Below are positions 39,365 through 48,767 of a stretch of DNA of 64,000 nucleotides, in pieces. The DNA is taken from assembly GCA_041609995.1 (NCBI GenBank), contig JBFIPU010000001.1, positions 8,305 to 72,304 of the forward strand, in the 5' to 3' direction. A program made the position numbers and the translations under genes. Each line of letters begins with the position of its first letter. The first letter of the stretch is position 1. This stretch comes from Acidimicrobiia bacterium (GTDB taxonomy: Bacteria; Actinomycetota; Acidimicrobiia; Spongiisociales; SHLN01). Under the pieces are notes generated by a model that did no database searches, was not told the DNA's origin, and was given only the letters and a program-made list of their open reading frames with translations.

Positions 39365-40729
39365 CTAATTGACGAGTTCTAGCGAGTAGCCGGGGGCGCC
39401 GTGTTCGAAGATGTCCAGGCCGCCCATCTCCTCCTCGACCGAAACCCGCAACAGATCGGCCCGCTTGAGTGCCCAGAACACGATACCGGTGGTGACCACG
39501 ACCCACGCGAACACCCCGGCCGCTCCGATCGCCTGCACGAGCAGCTGGTCGAAGCCGCCGCCGTAGAACAGGCCGGCGCCGTCGGTTGCCACGAATCCGT
39601 CGGCGTACTTTGCGAACAACCCCACTGCCAGCGTGCCCCACACGCCGCATACACCGTGCACGGAGATGGCGCCCACCGGGTCATCGATACCTCGCCGGTC
39701 GAAGAAGAGAACCGAGTAGACCACGATCACACCGGCGAGCAGTCCGGTGATCACCGCGGCGCCCGGAGACATGGTGGCTGTGCCGGCGGTGATACCGACC
39801 AGTCCCGCGAGGACGCCGTTGGCGGCCATTGCAACGTCCATCTTCTTGGTTCGGAGCCAGATCACGGCACCGGCGGCCAGGCCGCCCGCCGCGCCGGACA
39901 GCAGTGTTGTCACACCTGCCCGCATGACGACATTGTCGGCCGCCAACTCTGACCCCGGGTTGAATCCGAACCAGCCGAACCAGAGGATGAACACGCCGAC
40001 CACCGCAAACGCGATGTTGTGGCCGAGGATCGCCCTCGGTCGACCCTGGCTGTCGTATTTCCCGATCCGCGGACCCAGAAAATAGGCGCCCATGAGGGCC
40101 GCCCATCCGCCGGCCGAGTGAACGATGGTGGATCCGGCGAAATCGCCGAACTTGGCGTCACCGATCTGCAGGTCGCTGATCCAGCCATCGCCCTGCCAGA
40201 ACCAGTGCACGACCACCGGGTAGATGAGCGCAGTCATCGCCACCGAGAACAGCAGGTAGCCGCTGAACTTGGTTCGCTCGGCCATGGCGCCGGAGGCAAT
40301 CGTGACGGCAGTGGCCGCAAACACGACCTGGAAGAAGAAGTCCGTGTAGATCTGGTCGTTGACCAGGTCGCCCGTACCTCCGGCCAGGAGGAACGTGTCG
40401 GTTCCGATGAAGCTGCCGCCGTCGGTACCGTATGCGAAACCGAACCCGACGACGAAGAAGGCAATCGCCCCCACCGACATGTCTGCCAGGTTCTTGGCCA
40501 TGATGTTGGCAACGTTCTTGGCGCGGGTCAGGCCCGCTTCCACCAGACCGAAGCCCGCCTGCATGAGAAACACGAGGATCCCGGCAATGAACACCCAGAG
40601 GTTGTCCAAGATCACCTGGGTATCGGGACCCTCTTGAGCCAATGCCGGCCCCGCGACGACAGACCACACGGCGGTCGCCGACAGGCCCAGACCGACGATC
40701 CGCCACAGCATGCGCTTCTTCATCGACAT
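39365..40729 (-). CDS. amt: ammonium transporter
   Basis: FLMQAGF, DFAGSTIVH, LWFGWFGFN, DDPVGAISVHG motifs. Start MSMKK after AGGAGA. Confidence 0.96.
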   Translation of the reverse strand: MSMKKRMLWRIVGLGLSATAVWSVVAGPALAQEGPDTQVILDNLWVFIAGILVFLMQAGFGLVEAGLTRAKNVANIMAKNLADMSVGAIAFFVVGFGFAYGTDGGSFIGTDTFLLAGGTGDLVNDQIYTDFFFQVVFAATAVTIASGAMAERTKFSGYLLFSVAMTALIYPVVVHWFWQGDGWISDLQIGDAKFGDFAGSTIVHSAGGWAALMGAYFLGPRIGKYDSQGRPRAILGHNIAFAVVGVFILWFGWFGFNPGSELAADNVVMRAGVTTLLSGAAGGLAAGAVIWLRTKKMDVAMAANGVLAGLVGITAGTATMSPGAAVITGLLAGVIVVYSVLFFDRRGIDDPVGAISVHGVCGVWGTLAVGLFAKYADGFVATDGAGLFYGGGFDQLLVQAIGAAGVFAWVVVTTGIVFWALKRADLLRVSVEEEMGGLDIFEHGAPGYSLELVN

Positions 40730-40805
40730 CTCCTCTTGATTGTGATTGGCCGCATCGATCTCTCCTCGCTCGTCTCGCTTGGAACCCGAAGCTTGGGCAG
40801 GTGAG

Positions 40806-40864
40806 GTTTTCGGAGGCGTAACGCCCTTGTGAACGGCGATGACGATTTGTTTCCGACAGGTTTC
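40806..40864 (-). promoter_or_regulatory. GlnR-type boxes upstream of amt-glnK
   Basis: Minus strand reads GAAAC-n6-GAAAC...TTCAC-n6-GTTAC-n6-GAAAAC, resembling the actinobacterial GlnR consensus GTNAC-n6-GAAAC. Confidence 0.7.
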
Positions 40865-40912
40865 GCGAAACGGCCGGGTGTTAGCGATGCTTTGCGACGT
40901 AGGCTGGCGCTC

Positions 40913-41539
40913 GTGACTGCGACACGAGTTCCGATGTTCCCCCTCCACACCGTGTTGTTTCCTCACATGCTCCTGCCGCTCCACATCTTCGAAGATCGGT
41001 ACCGGGAGATGACGCGAGCCTGCCTCGACGGTGACGGCGAGTTCGGCGTGGTGTTGATCGAGCGAGGCTCGTCCATCGGAGGCGGCGATGAGCGGCGCGA
41101 CATCGGCACCCTGGCCCGGATCCTGCAGGCCGACGAGCTGCCCGACGGCCGTTGGGTGATGGTGACCGCCGGCGTGCAGCGTTTCAGGGTGCTGGAGTGG
41201 CTGGACGAAGATCCGTACCCCCGGGCCGAGGTCGAGATCATTGAGGACCCGGAGCCGGCCCCCGAGGCCACAGTCTTGCGGGACCGATGTGTCCGGGCGA
41301 TCCGCAAGATGGCCGCCCTGTCGGCCGAGCTGGGCGACCCCGCCCCGCCTCTCAACCTCGAATTGTCGCAGCAGGTGGTGGCGGCGTCCTATCAGGCGTG
41401 TGCAGCGGCAGCTCCCATCGGCACCTTCGATCGCCAGCAGTTGCTAGAGATCGACGAGCCTGCTCAGCGCATGGAGGCGCTGCTCGAGCTGCTCGAAGAA
41501 CACAATGAGGTTCTCAACGTGCGCTTGGCGCAGGGATAG
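40913..41539 (+). CDS. LON peptidase substrate-binding domain protein
   Basis: PMFPLHTVLFP...LHIFEDRY, FGVVLIERG, DPYPRA motifs. Leaderless TAGGCT-7nt-GTG. Confidence 0.9.
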   Translation: MTATRVPMFPLHTVLFPHMLLPLHIFEDRYREMTRACLDGDGEFGVVLIERGSSIGGGDERRDIGTLARILQADELPDGRWVMVTAGVQRFRVLEWLDEDPYPRAEVEIIEDPEPAPEATVLRDRCVRAIRKMAALSAELGDPAPPLNLELSQQVVAASYQACAAAAPIGTFDRQQLLEIDEPAQRMEALLELLEEHNEVLNVRLAQG

Positions 41540-41622
41540 GCGCAGGGTTAGTCGACAGCCTTCGCTCCACCATCTAACTTGGCCCCCTGGACGCCGCAGG
41601 GCGATCGGGGACAGGAGCTCGC

Positions 41623-43572
41623 ATGTCCAGCGAAGTGCAACAAGACGGGGCCGCCTGGTACCGCGTCGCCGCTCCTCGCGAACTTCCCGAGGGCCGGGTC
41701 ATGTCGGTGACCGTCGGCCGGCGGGTGCTGGCCCTCACCCATTTCGAAGGCAAATACGGGGCGCTCGACAACCGTTGTCCCCACCAGGGGGGTCCACTCG
41801 GCGAAGGAAGCATCGAGCGCGGGTGGCTGCGCTGTCCATGGCACGGCTACGACTACAACCCGACGACCGGCGCTCCCCCCGAAGGATTCGAGGACTCTTC
41901 GACTTCCTACCCGACCGAAGTCCGCGAGGACGGCGTCTACGTCAAGCTCCCCCCGGAGCCCGAGCGGGTTCGTACCGTGTCCGACGTCATGGTCGAAACG
42001 ATGACCAACTGGGGCGTCACAGCCGTGTTCGGGATGGTGGGGCATTCCAACCTGGGATTGGCCGACTCGCTGCGGGTGGCCGAGGAACGCGGCGACCTCC
42101 GATACTTCGGCATCCGCCATGAAGGCGCCGCCTCGTTCGCGGCCACCGCGTTTGGCAAACTCACCGGCGGCTTGGCTGCCTGCTTCGCCATCGCCGGCCC
42201 TGGCTCTACCAACCTCTTCACCGGGCTCTATGACGCCAAGGCCGATCGGGCCCCGGTTCTGGCCCTCTCGGGCCAGGTGCCGTCGCGCAACGTGAAGCGA
42301 GGGGCGTTCCAGGACCTGGACTTGCCGGCAGCCTTCGCCGATGTTGCCCGCTACAGCTCGGTGGTGCTCACGAACGCAGACCACGCAGAGCTCATGACGC
42401 TGGCGTGCAAGACCGCCATCGTGGAGCGCGACGTGGCCCACCTCGTGTTTCCCGACGAGGTTCAGATCCAGCCTTCTCACCAGGAGCCGTCGGGCCCCGA
42501 CGGCCGCCGCGCCGACCGGAGGACGATTCCACCGAGAGAGGCCTTTGCCGCCGCCTGCTCCCGGTTGTCCGCGGCCAGGCGCCCGGTGTTCGTCGTCGGG
42601 GCGGGTGCCCGCCACGACATGGAACCGATCATCGCCTTGGCCGAACAACTCCGGGTACCGGTCCTGACGACGTTCAAGGCCAAAGGCCAGATCAGCGACC
42701 AACATCCCCTCGGGTGCGGGGTGCTGGGCCGCAGCGGCACGCCTATCGCCAGCTGGTTCATGAACGAGAGCGACTTGATGGTGGTGTGGGGAGCGTCGTT
42801 TTCCCATCACACCGGCATCAGCACCCACAAGCCGCTGATCCAGGTCGACCGAGATCCGATGGCGATCGGCCGGTTCCATGCGGTCGATATCGGACTGGTG
42901 GGCGACGTCCGCACCACTGCCGAGTTGTTTGCCGAGAGTCTCGACATCACATCCGATGACCCGGCTGACGAGATCGCCGACCGCTGGGCGCTCTGGCGGG
43001 CCGAGAAGGCCTCCCGGCGCCAGGACGACCGGGGAGAGGGCATCAACTCGTCGTTTGTCTTCGAGGCCCTGACCGAGGCCACTCCGGCCGACGCCGTGAT
43101 CTGCGTGGACGTCGGCAACAACACGTACTCATTCGGTCGCTATTTCGAAACCGCGAATCAGTCGATCCTCATGTCCGGCTACCTGGGATCGATCGGGTTT
43201 GCCTTGCCGGCCGCCATGGGCGCCTGGGCGGCAGTGGGTGACTCGCGTAAGGTGATCGCCGTGTGCGGTGACGGAGGGCTGGGGCAATACGCGATGGAGA
43301 TCACGACGCTCGTCAAGTACGGCATGGACGTGACGGTGGTCGTGTTGAGCAACAAGGAACTGGGCAAGATCTCCAAGGAGCAACGGGCCGCCGAGCACGA
43401 TGTGTGGCAGACGAGCCTCGTCAACCCCGACTTCGCCGATTTCGCCCGCCTCTGCGGGGCACGCGGAACCCGGGTGGGTCACCGGGGAGAACTGGTCGGT
43501 GCTCTGGAGGAGGCCATCGCCCAACCAGGGCCGGCGCTGGTCGACATCGACGCCGACGTGTTGTTGATCTGA
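41623..43572 (+). CDS. Rieske [2Fe-2S] domain fused to a ThDP-dependent enzyme (pyruvate oxidase/acetolactate synthase family)
   Basis: N-terminal CPHQGGPL...CPWHG Rieske ligands; IRHEGAA, AGPGSTN, GDGG...N ThDP motif. Confidence 0.9.
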   Translation: MSSEVQQDGAAWYRVAAPRELPEGRVMSVTVGRRVLALTHFEGKYGALDNRCPHQGGPLGEGSIERGWLRCPWHGYDYNPTTGAPPEGFEDSSTSYPTEVREDGVYVKLPPEPERVRTVSDVMVETMTNWGVTAVFGMVGHSNLGLADSLRVAEERGDLRYFGIRHEGAASFAATAFGKLTGGLAACFAIAGPGSTNLFTGLYDAKADRAPVLALSGQVPSRNVKRGAFQDLDLPAAFADVARYSSVVLTNADHAELMTLACKTAIVERDVAHLVFPDEVQIQPSHQEPSGPDGRRADRRTIPPREAFAAACSRLSAARRPVFVVGAGARHDMEPIIALAEQLRVPVLTTFKAKGQISDQHPLGCGVLGRSGTPIASWFMNESDLMVVWGASFSHHTGISTHKPLIQVDRDPMAIGRFHAVDIGLVGDVRTTAELFAESLDITSDDPADEIADRWALWRAEKASRRQDDRGEGINSSFVFEALTEATPADAVICVDVGNNTYSFGRYFETANQSILMSGYLGSIGFALPAAMGAWAAVGDSRKVIAVCGDGGLGQYAMEITTLVKYGMDVTVVVLSNKELGKISKEQRAAEHDVWQTSLVNPDFADFARLCGARGTRVGHRGELVGALEEAIAQPGPALVDIDADVLLI

Positions 43573-43585
43573 GCGCTGCTACCGG

Positions 43586-43762
43586 CTAGCCGGCCTTGCG
43601 CAGCTGGACGACGTTGTCCGCTGACTCCCGTTCACCCAAATGCCGCTCGAGTCCGTGAATCGTCACGAGCAGGTCGAAGATGAATGCGTCCACCTGGGCC
43701 TTCTCGTATCCGTTTGCCTCGAGCCGGAATGCGTCCTGTTTGATTCCATCGCGTTCGTGCAT
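43586..43762 (-). CDS. small DivIVA-domain protein (58 aa)
   Basis: Below the ORF-track cutoff. Translated by hand: MHERDGIKQDAFRLEANGYEKAQVDAFIFDLLVTIHGLERHLGERESADNVVQLRKAG; F-x5-GY-x4-VDAF is the DivIVA N-terminal motif. Confidence 0.7.
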   Translation of the reverse strand: MHERDGIKQDAFRLEANGYEKAQVDAFIFDLLVTIHGLERHLGERESADNVVQLRKAG

Positions 43763-43809
43763 GCCACTACATCGACGGAGAGTGAGATTCCTTTACCCAC
43801 CAACAGTGA

Positions 43810-44667
43810 TCAGACACACAATCCGTCGTCGGTCACCGCTCGCCCACACAACACCTGCGACTCGACCGACTTCAGCGAGAAGCCATCTCCACTGTCCGTC
43901 GGCTGCCCGAACACGTGGAGCCGCTCGCCCAGCACGGCGTCGTCGCCGACCCCGACGATGTCATATGTGACCTCACCGAGGTCACCGACCGTAGGGGCGA
44001 CGGTGACGGTGATGCGCGAGGGCGGGTCGACGCTGGCCCGGGCCTCTGCCACGATCCGACCGAGTTCGAGCATCGTGTCGGCCTCGGGGATACCACCGAG
44101 GTCAGCCACCACCGCCGACGTCACATCGTCGACCAACCCCAGTTGACCGGTGAATGAGCTGTTCACCCATCCGGTGACACTGCCGGTGCTCACCCTGTAC
44201 CAGATCGAGCGGGTGAGGAGCCGGGCTTCGCCGGTCGACAACATCGTGTCGGTCGGCGCGAGCGTGGCAACGATCCCAAAGCTCGTTCCGGGACCGCTCC
44301 GCACGTTGAGGACGTCGTCGAACGCGACCCCGATCACGGCGAGGAGCACGCCATCCGCGGGGACGATGTCGAACGGCTCACCGGGCAGGGTGGTGGTCGT
44401 CACGCCGGTGGTGGACGTCGTCGATGACGATGTGGAAGAAGTCGAGGTCGACGAGGTCGAGGAGCTCGTGCTCGAAGTCGAGTCAGGGCTGGTGCTCGAA
44501 GTCGACTCAGGGATGGTTGTACTCGTCGTCGATGTCGTGGTTGACGACGTGGCATCCGTCGCGTCGGACGTGCCGTCCTCCCCGCAACCGACAAGAAGCA
44601 GACCGCTCGCCACGAGCATGAACATGATGATTCGGGGTCTCACACCAGACCTCCTTTCGCCCCTCAT
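43810..44667 (-). CDS. lipoprotein with Ser/Thr-rich linker and bacterial SH3-like domain
   Basis: Lipobox LLVGC, long S/T tract, DDVLNVRSGPGTSFGIV...WYRV...GWVNSSF. Confidence 0.82.
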   Translation of the reverse strand: MRGERRSGVRPRIIMFMLVASGLLLVGCGEDGTSDATDATSSTTTSTTSTTIPESTSSTSPDSTSSTSSSTSSTSTSSTSSSTTSTTGVTTTTLPGEPFDIVPADGVLLAVIGVAFDDVLNVRSGPGTSFGIVATLAPTDTMLSTGEARLLTRSIWYRVSTGSVTGWVNSSFTGQLGLVDDVTSAVVADLGGIPEADTMLELGRIVAEARASVDPPSRITVTVAPTVGDLGEVTYDIVGVGDDAVLGERLHVFGQPTDSGDGFSLKSVESQVLCGRAVTDDGLCV

Positions 44668-44789
44668 TGTTGCTTCATCCAGGGGATAGCGGTTAGAGGA
44701 AAAGGTGACAATCAATGGCGGCCATCGGCCGGCGCTTGCGGGTTTACTGCCCATGATGGGGTCGGTAGCGTGGCACCGAGAGGAGCGGC

Positions 44790-47234
44790 ATGGACGCACG
44801 AGCAGTCATCATCGGCGGCGGAATCGTCGGCTCCGCTGTTGCCTACCACCTCACGGTCATCCACGGTTGGGACAACGTCCTTCTGATCGATCAGGGTGAC
44901 CTGCCCCACAACCCGGGCTCCACGTCACACGCCCCCGGCGGAGTCGTTGCGAACAGCCACGACCGGACCCTCACCCGGATGGGCCAGTATTCGGCTGACC
45001 TCTACGCCACGCTCCCCAACCCACCGGGCCCCCACCACACGTTCCAGCGCCGGGGCGGCCTGGAGCTGGCCCGCACTCCGGAACGCCTCGAAGACATGGT
45101 GCGATTACGCGGCGAGTTGGCGGGATGGGGGTACGACAGCTGGATGCTGAGCCCCGCCGAGACGCTCGAACACCTGCCCTTCATCGACTCCTCGATCATC
45201 GCCGGCTCGTTGTTCTCACCCGCCAGCGGCCTGCTCCATGGCGTCCAGGCCGTCGAGGGATTCCTTCGATTGGCACGAGAGACCGGCGGGCTCGCCGTGC
45301 TTCCCAACACCAGATTTCGCGATGTCAACGTCGCAGACGGGCGGGTCCGGCAAGTCGACACCGACGCCGGTCCCATCACCACCGAAGTGGCAGTGCTGGC
45401 CGCCAACATCTGGTCTCCGGCTCTGGCCGACAAGCTGGGCGTGATCCCGCTGATGGCGTTTCAGCACCACTACGCCATCACCCACCCGCTCGGGGCCTGG
45501 GCGGGCACCGATCACGAAGACCCGGAGCTCGAGGCCGTTTTTCCCCTCATCCGCGACCTAGATTCGGCCCTCTACTTTCGCCGCCATTGGGATTCGCTGG
45601 GCATCGGGAGCTATCACCACGCCCCCCAGATGGTGGCGCCACACGAAGTGGGCCCCAACGCCTTGCGGCCGTTCACCCCCGAGCTCTTCGGCGAGGCCTG
45701 GCATCTGGCGCAGGAACTGGTTCCGATGCTGCGCGACCTCGAGCCGGACTTCGAGACCGCCTACAACGGGATGTTCGCCTTTTCCTCCGACGGCCTGCCG
45801 ATCATCGGAGAATCGCTCGAAACTCGCGGCTTCTGGTCTGCCAACGCCTCTTGGATCACCCACGCAGCCGGCGTCGCCAAGTCGGTGGCCGAATGGATCG
45901 TCGAAGGCGAGACGGAATGGGACATGCGCCAGTGTCACCTCTATCGGTTCCCCGACCACGCCACCACCCGGAAATACATCGAGGTGGTGACGCAGAAGAA
46001 CTACCGGGAGGTGTACGACCTCATCCACCCCAGGCAGCCGATCACCGAGCCGCGCAACGTGCGCTTGTCGCCCTTTCACGCCGAGCACGTGGCGGCCGGA
46101 GCCGAATTCACGGCGTTCGCCGGGCTCGAGCTCCCCAATTGGTACGAGTCCAACGGGGAGCTGGCGGCCGAGCTGGAGGACCGGCTTCCGGTCCGATCCG
46201 GCCTCGGAGCCGCCTGGTGGTCGCCCATCATCGGCGCCGAGCACCTGGCGATTCGGGAGAACGCCGGCCTCATGGATCTCACCGGTTTGTCGATCATCGA
46301 GGTATCCGGGCCAGGAACAACGGAGTTCGTGGACCGCCTGTGCTCGAACGCGACCGATGTGGAGGTCGGCAAGGTCGTCTACACGTGCTGGCTCACCCCG
46401 GCGGGGGGCATCAAGCGCGACCTCACGGTCACCCGCATGGGGCGCGACCGGTTCTGGATGTTCGTGGGCGAGGGGACACTCCCCCAGGATCTCGAATGGG
46501 TCCACCGCCACGCTCCTGCCCAGGTCACCGTCACCGACATCTCGGCGAAGTACACCGCTCTCGGCCTGTGGGGGCCCAACGCCCGACCCATCCTCGAGCG
46601 GGTCACCTCGGCCGACCTCGATGCGATCAGCTTCTACTCCGCGTCGTGGATCGAGATCGCCATGACCCGGGTCTGGGCAATGCGGCTCTCCTATGTCGGC
46701 GAGTACGGGTTCGAGCTCCACATCCCGATCGATTCCGCCCTCGCGGTCTGGAACGCCTTGCGCGCGGCGGGCGAACCGAGCGGCTTGACCGTCTGTGGCC
46801 TCGGATCGATGGACTCGCTACGGCTCGAGAAGGGGTACCGACTGTGGGGCGTCGACATCCACACCGAGTACGACGTCTACTCGGCCGGCCTGGGGTGGAC
46901 GGCCCGGCTCGACAAGCCCGATTTCATCGGCAGGGAGGCGACGGCCGCCCTGCAGGAGACCGAACCGGCCAAGCGCCTCACGCCCCTGGCAATCGACGAT
47001 CCGGCGGCCACGCTGCTGGGCTACGAATCGGTGTGGTACGGCGACACTGCCATCTCCCATGTGACCTCCGCCAACTACGGCTATTCGATCGGGCGTTACA
47101 TCGCCTATTCCTACCTGCCTGGCGGTCTGGCGCGGCCCGGAACCCGGCTGGAGGTCGAGTATCTGGGCGTGCGCTATCCGGCCGAAGTGGTCACCGAGCC
47201 CCTGTGGGACCCGAAGATGGAGCGGGTCAGGTGA
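44790..47234 (+). CDS. GcvT-family FAD-dependent oxidoreductase (dimethylglycine oxidase/dehydrogenase-like)
   Basis: VIIGGGIVG, GSTSHAPG, LSYVGEYGFELH, SLRLEKGY motifs; RBS AGGAG. Confidence 0.93.
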   Translation: MDARAVIIGGGIVGSAVAYHLTVIHGWDNVLLIDQGDLPHNPGSTSHAPGGVVANSHDRTLTRMGQYSADLYATLPNPPGPHHTFQRRGGLELARTPERLEDMVRLRGELAGWGYDSWMLSPAETLEHLPFIDSSIIAGSLFSPASGLLHGVQAVEGFLRLARETGGLAVLPNTRFRDVNVADGRVRQVDTDAGPITTEVAVLAANIWSPALADKLGVIPLMAFQHHYAITHPLGAWAGTDHEDPELEAVFPLIRDLDSALYFRRHWDSLGIGSYHHAPQMVAPHEVGPNALRPFTPELFGEAWHLAQELVPMLRDLEPDFETAYNGMFAFSSDGLPIIGESLETRGFWSANASWITHAAGVAKSVAEWIVEGETEWDMRQCHLYRFPDHATTRKYIEVVTQKNYREVYDLIHPRQPITEPRNVRLSPFHAEHVAAGAEFTAFAGLELPNWYESNGELAAELEDRLPVRSGLGAAWWSPIIGAEHLAIRENAGLMDLTGLSIIEVSGPGTTEFVDRLCSNATDVEVGKVVYTCWLTPAGGIKRDLTVTRMGRDRFWMFVGEGTLPQDLEWVHRHAPAQVTVTDISAKYTALGLWGPNARPILERVTSADLDAISFYSASWIEIAMTRVWAMRLSYVGEYGFELHIPIDSALAVWNALRAAGEPSGLTVCGLGSMDSLRLEKGYRLWGVDIHTEYDVYSAGLGWTARLDKPDFIGREATAALQETEPAKRLTPLAIDDPAATLLGYESVWYGDTAISHVTSANYGYSIGRYIAYSYLPGGLARPGTRLEVEYLGVRYPAEVVTEPLWDPKMERVR

Positions 47235-48748
47235 CGGGCCGGCGCCGGGGGCGCGCTGCCCGACGGAACCAGGAGCCGGCACGGACCACCCACCCGACGA
47301 TGGAGATCCCGACCTACGACCTCGCCTCGCCCGAACAACTCGATCTCATCCACGATCAGTCGATGCGCATCCTGGAGGAGGCCGGGATTGCGTTCTACGA
47401 CGACGAGTCGCTCGCGATCCTGCGCGAGCACGGCGCCCACGTCGATGACGACAGCATCGTTCGGTTCGATCGCACGCTGATCGAGGCGTACGTGGCAAAG
47501 GCGCCCGCAACGTTCGAACACACAGCCCGCAACCCTGACAAGAGCGTCATCATCGGCGGCGACCACGTCGTGTTTGCCCCGGTGGTGGGGCCGCCGTTCG
47601 TCCACGACATCGAACGCGGCCGGCGCGAGTCGAACTACGAGGACCTGGTCAACTTCATCAAGCTGACCAACAGCACGCCGTACCTGCACAGCCAAGGTTC
47701 AGAGATCGTGGTCCCCGGTGACATCCCCTTCCACGAACGGGCGCTCGATCTCACCTACGCCCACATCAAGTACGGCGACCTGCCGATCATGGGCCACTAC
47801 CAATTGGGGATCACCGCGCAAGATTCGCTGGCGCTGGCGACAGTGGCGTTCGGGCAGGAGACGATCGACTCAAAGCACATGCTTTTGGGGGTCATCAACG
47901 TCTCGAGCCCCCGCCGCCTCGACGACCGCATGCTGGGGACGCTGAAGATCTATGCCCGGGGTAACCAGGCGCTGGTGATCACCCCGTTCATCCTGGCCGG
48001 GGCCATGGGGCCGGCGGCGGTGCTCGGGACGGTAGCCCAGGCCAACGCCGAAGCGCTCGCCACAATCGCTTTCGCCCAGATGGTCCGCCCCGGTACCCCG
48101 TGCATCTACGGGCCATTCCTGGCCGTCGTCGACCTCCAGTCCGGCTCGCCCGTTTTTGGGGCATCCGAGAGCACAATGGCGCAGTTTCTGGTGGCCCAGA
48201 TGGCGCGCCGGTACCGGCTCCCGTTCCGGGCGGCGGGTTCCTATGTCAGCTCCAAGCTGCCGGACATGCAGGCCGGTTTCGAATCCGTCCTCTCGATGCT
48301 CCCCTCGCTGCTGGTCCGACCGAACTATGTACTGCACGCCGCCGGCTGGCTTGAAAACGGGCTCACCACCAGCTACGAGAAATTCATCCTCGACTGCGAG
48401 TTGCTGGGCGTTTTCCAGCGTTTCCTGGAGGGCGTGAGCTGGGGCCAGGACGAGTGGGCGATGGACGCCATCCTGTCCGAGGTTCAGCCCGGTGGCCACC
48501 ACCTCGGCACTGAACACACGCTCGGTCGGTTTCGCGAGGCCTTCCACCGCACTCCCCTGTTCGACGTCGACTCGTACGAGACATGGATGGCCGCCGGGGC
48601 CGAAGACAGTCCCCGGCGAGCCCATCGCCGCTGGAAGGAGCTGCTCGAAGAATATGTCGTGCCTCCGCTGCCGGCCGGGGTAGAGGAAGCCATGCTCGAC
48701 TGGATGGGCCGACGGCGTTCTCAGATCGACCCGGCCGACTTTCAATGA
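47231..48748 (+). CDS. trimethylamine methyltransferase (MttB) superfamily protein, non-pyrrolysine
   Basis: IHDQSMRILEEAGI, NVSSPRRLD, TPFILAGAMGP, SSKLPDMQAG, HAAGWLE, GGHHLG motifs. Start GTG overlaps the upstream stop (GTGA); no in-frame TAG. Confidence 0.92.
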   Translation: MTGRRRGRAARRNQEPARTTHPTMEIPTYDLASPEQLDLIHDQSMRILEEAGIAFYDDESLAILREHGAHVDDDSIVRFDRTLIEAYVAKAPATFEHTARNPDKSVIIGGDHVVFAPVVGPPFVHDIERGRRESNYEDLVNFIKLTNSTPYLHSQGSEIVVPGDIPFHERALDLTYAHIKYGDLPIMGHYQLGITAQDSLALATVAFGQETIDSKHMLLGVINVSSPRRLDDRMLGTLKIYARGNQALVITPFILAGAMGPAAVLGTVAQANAEALATIAFAQMVRPGTPCIYGPFLAVVDLQSGSPVFGASESTMAQFLVAQMARRYRLPFRAAGSYVSSKLPDMQAGFESVLSMLPSLLVRPNYVLHAAGWLENGLTTSYEKFILDCELLGVFQRFLEGVSWGQDEWAMDAILSEVQPGGHHLGTEHTLGRFREAFHRTPLFDVDSYETWMAAGAEDSPRRAHRRWKELLEEYVVPPLPAGVEEAMLDWMGRRRSQIDPADFQ

Positions 48749-48767
48749 TGCACAGGGACTCGAGCGC

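Noticed and set aside
44390-44570. Repetitive GTCGA/GTCGT-rich tract
   Set aside because: It encodes the Ser/Thr linker of the SH3 lipoprotein; not a CRISPR array or DNA repeat element.
45125-47230. 1207-aa ORF 45125-48748 suggesting a giant MttB fusion
   Set aside because: The first ~700 aa are an Arg/Pro-rich off-frame shadow of the GcvT-family gene; the real MttB starts at GTG 47231.
47231-48748. Pyrrolysine in MttB
   Set aside because: There is no in-frame TAG; the ORF is open throughout.
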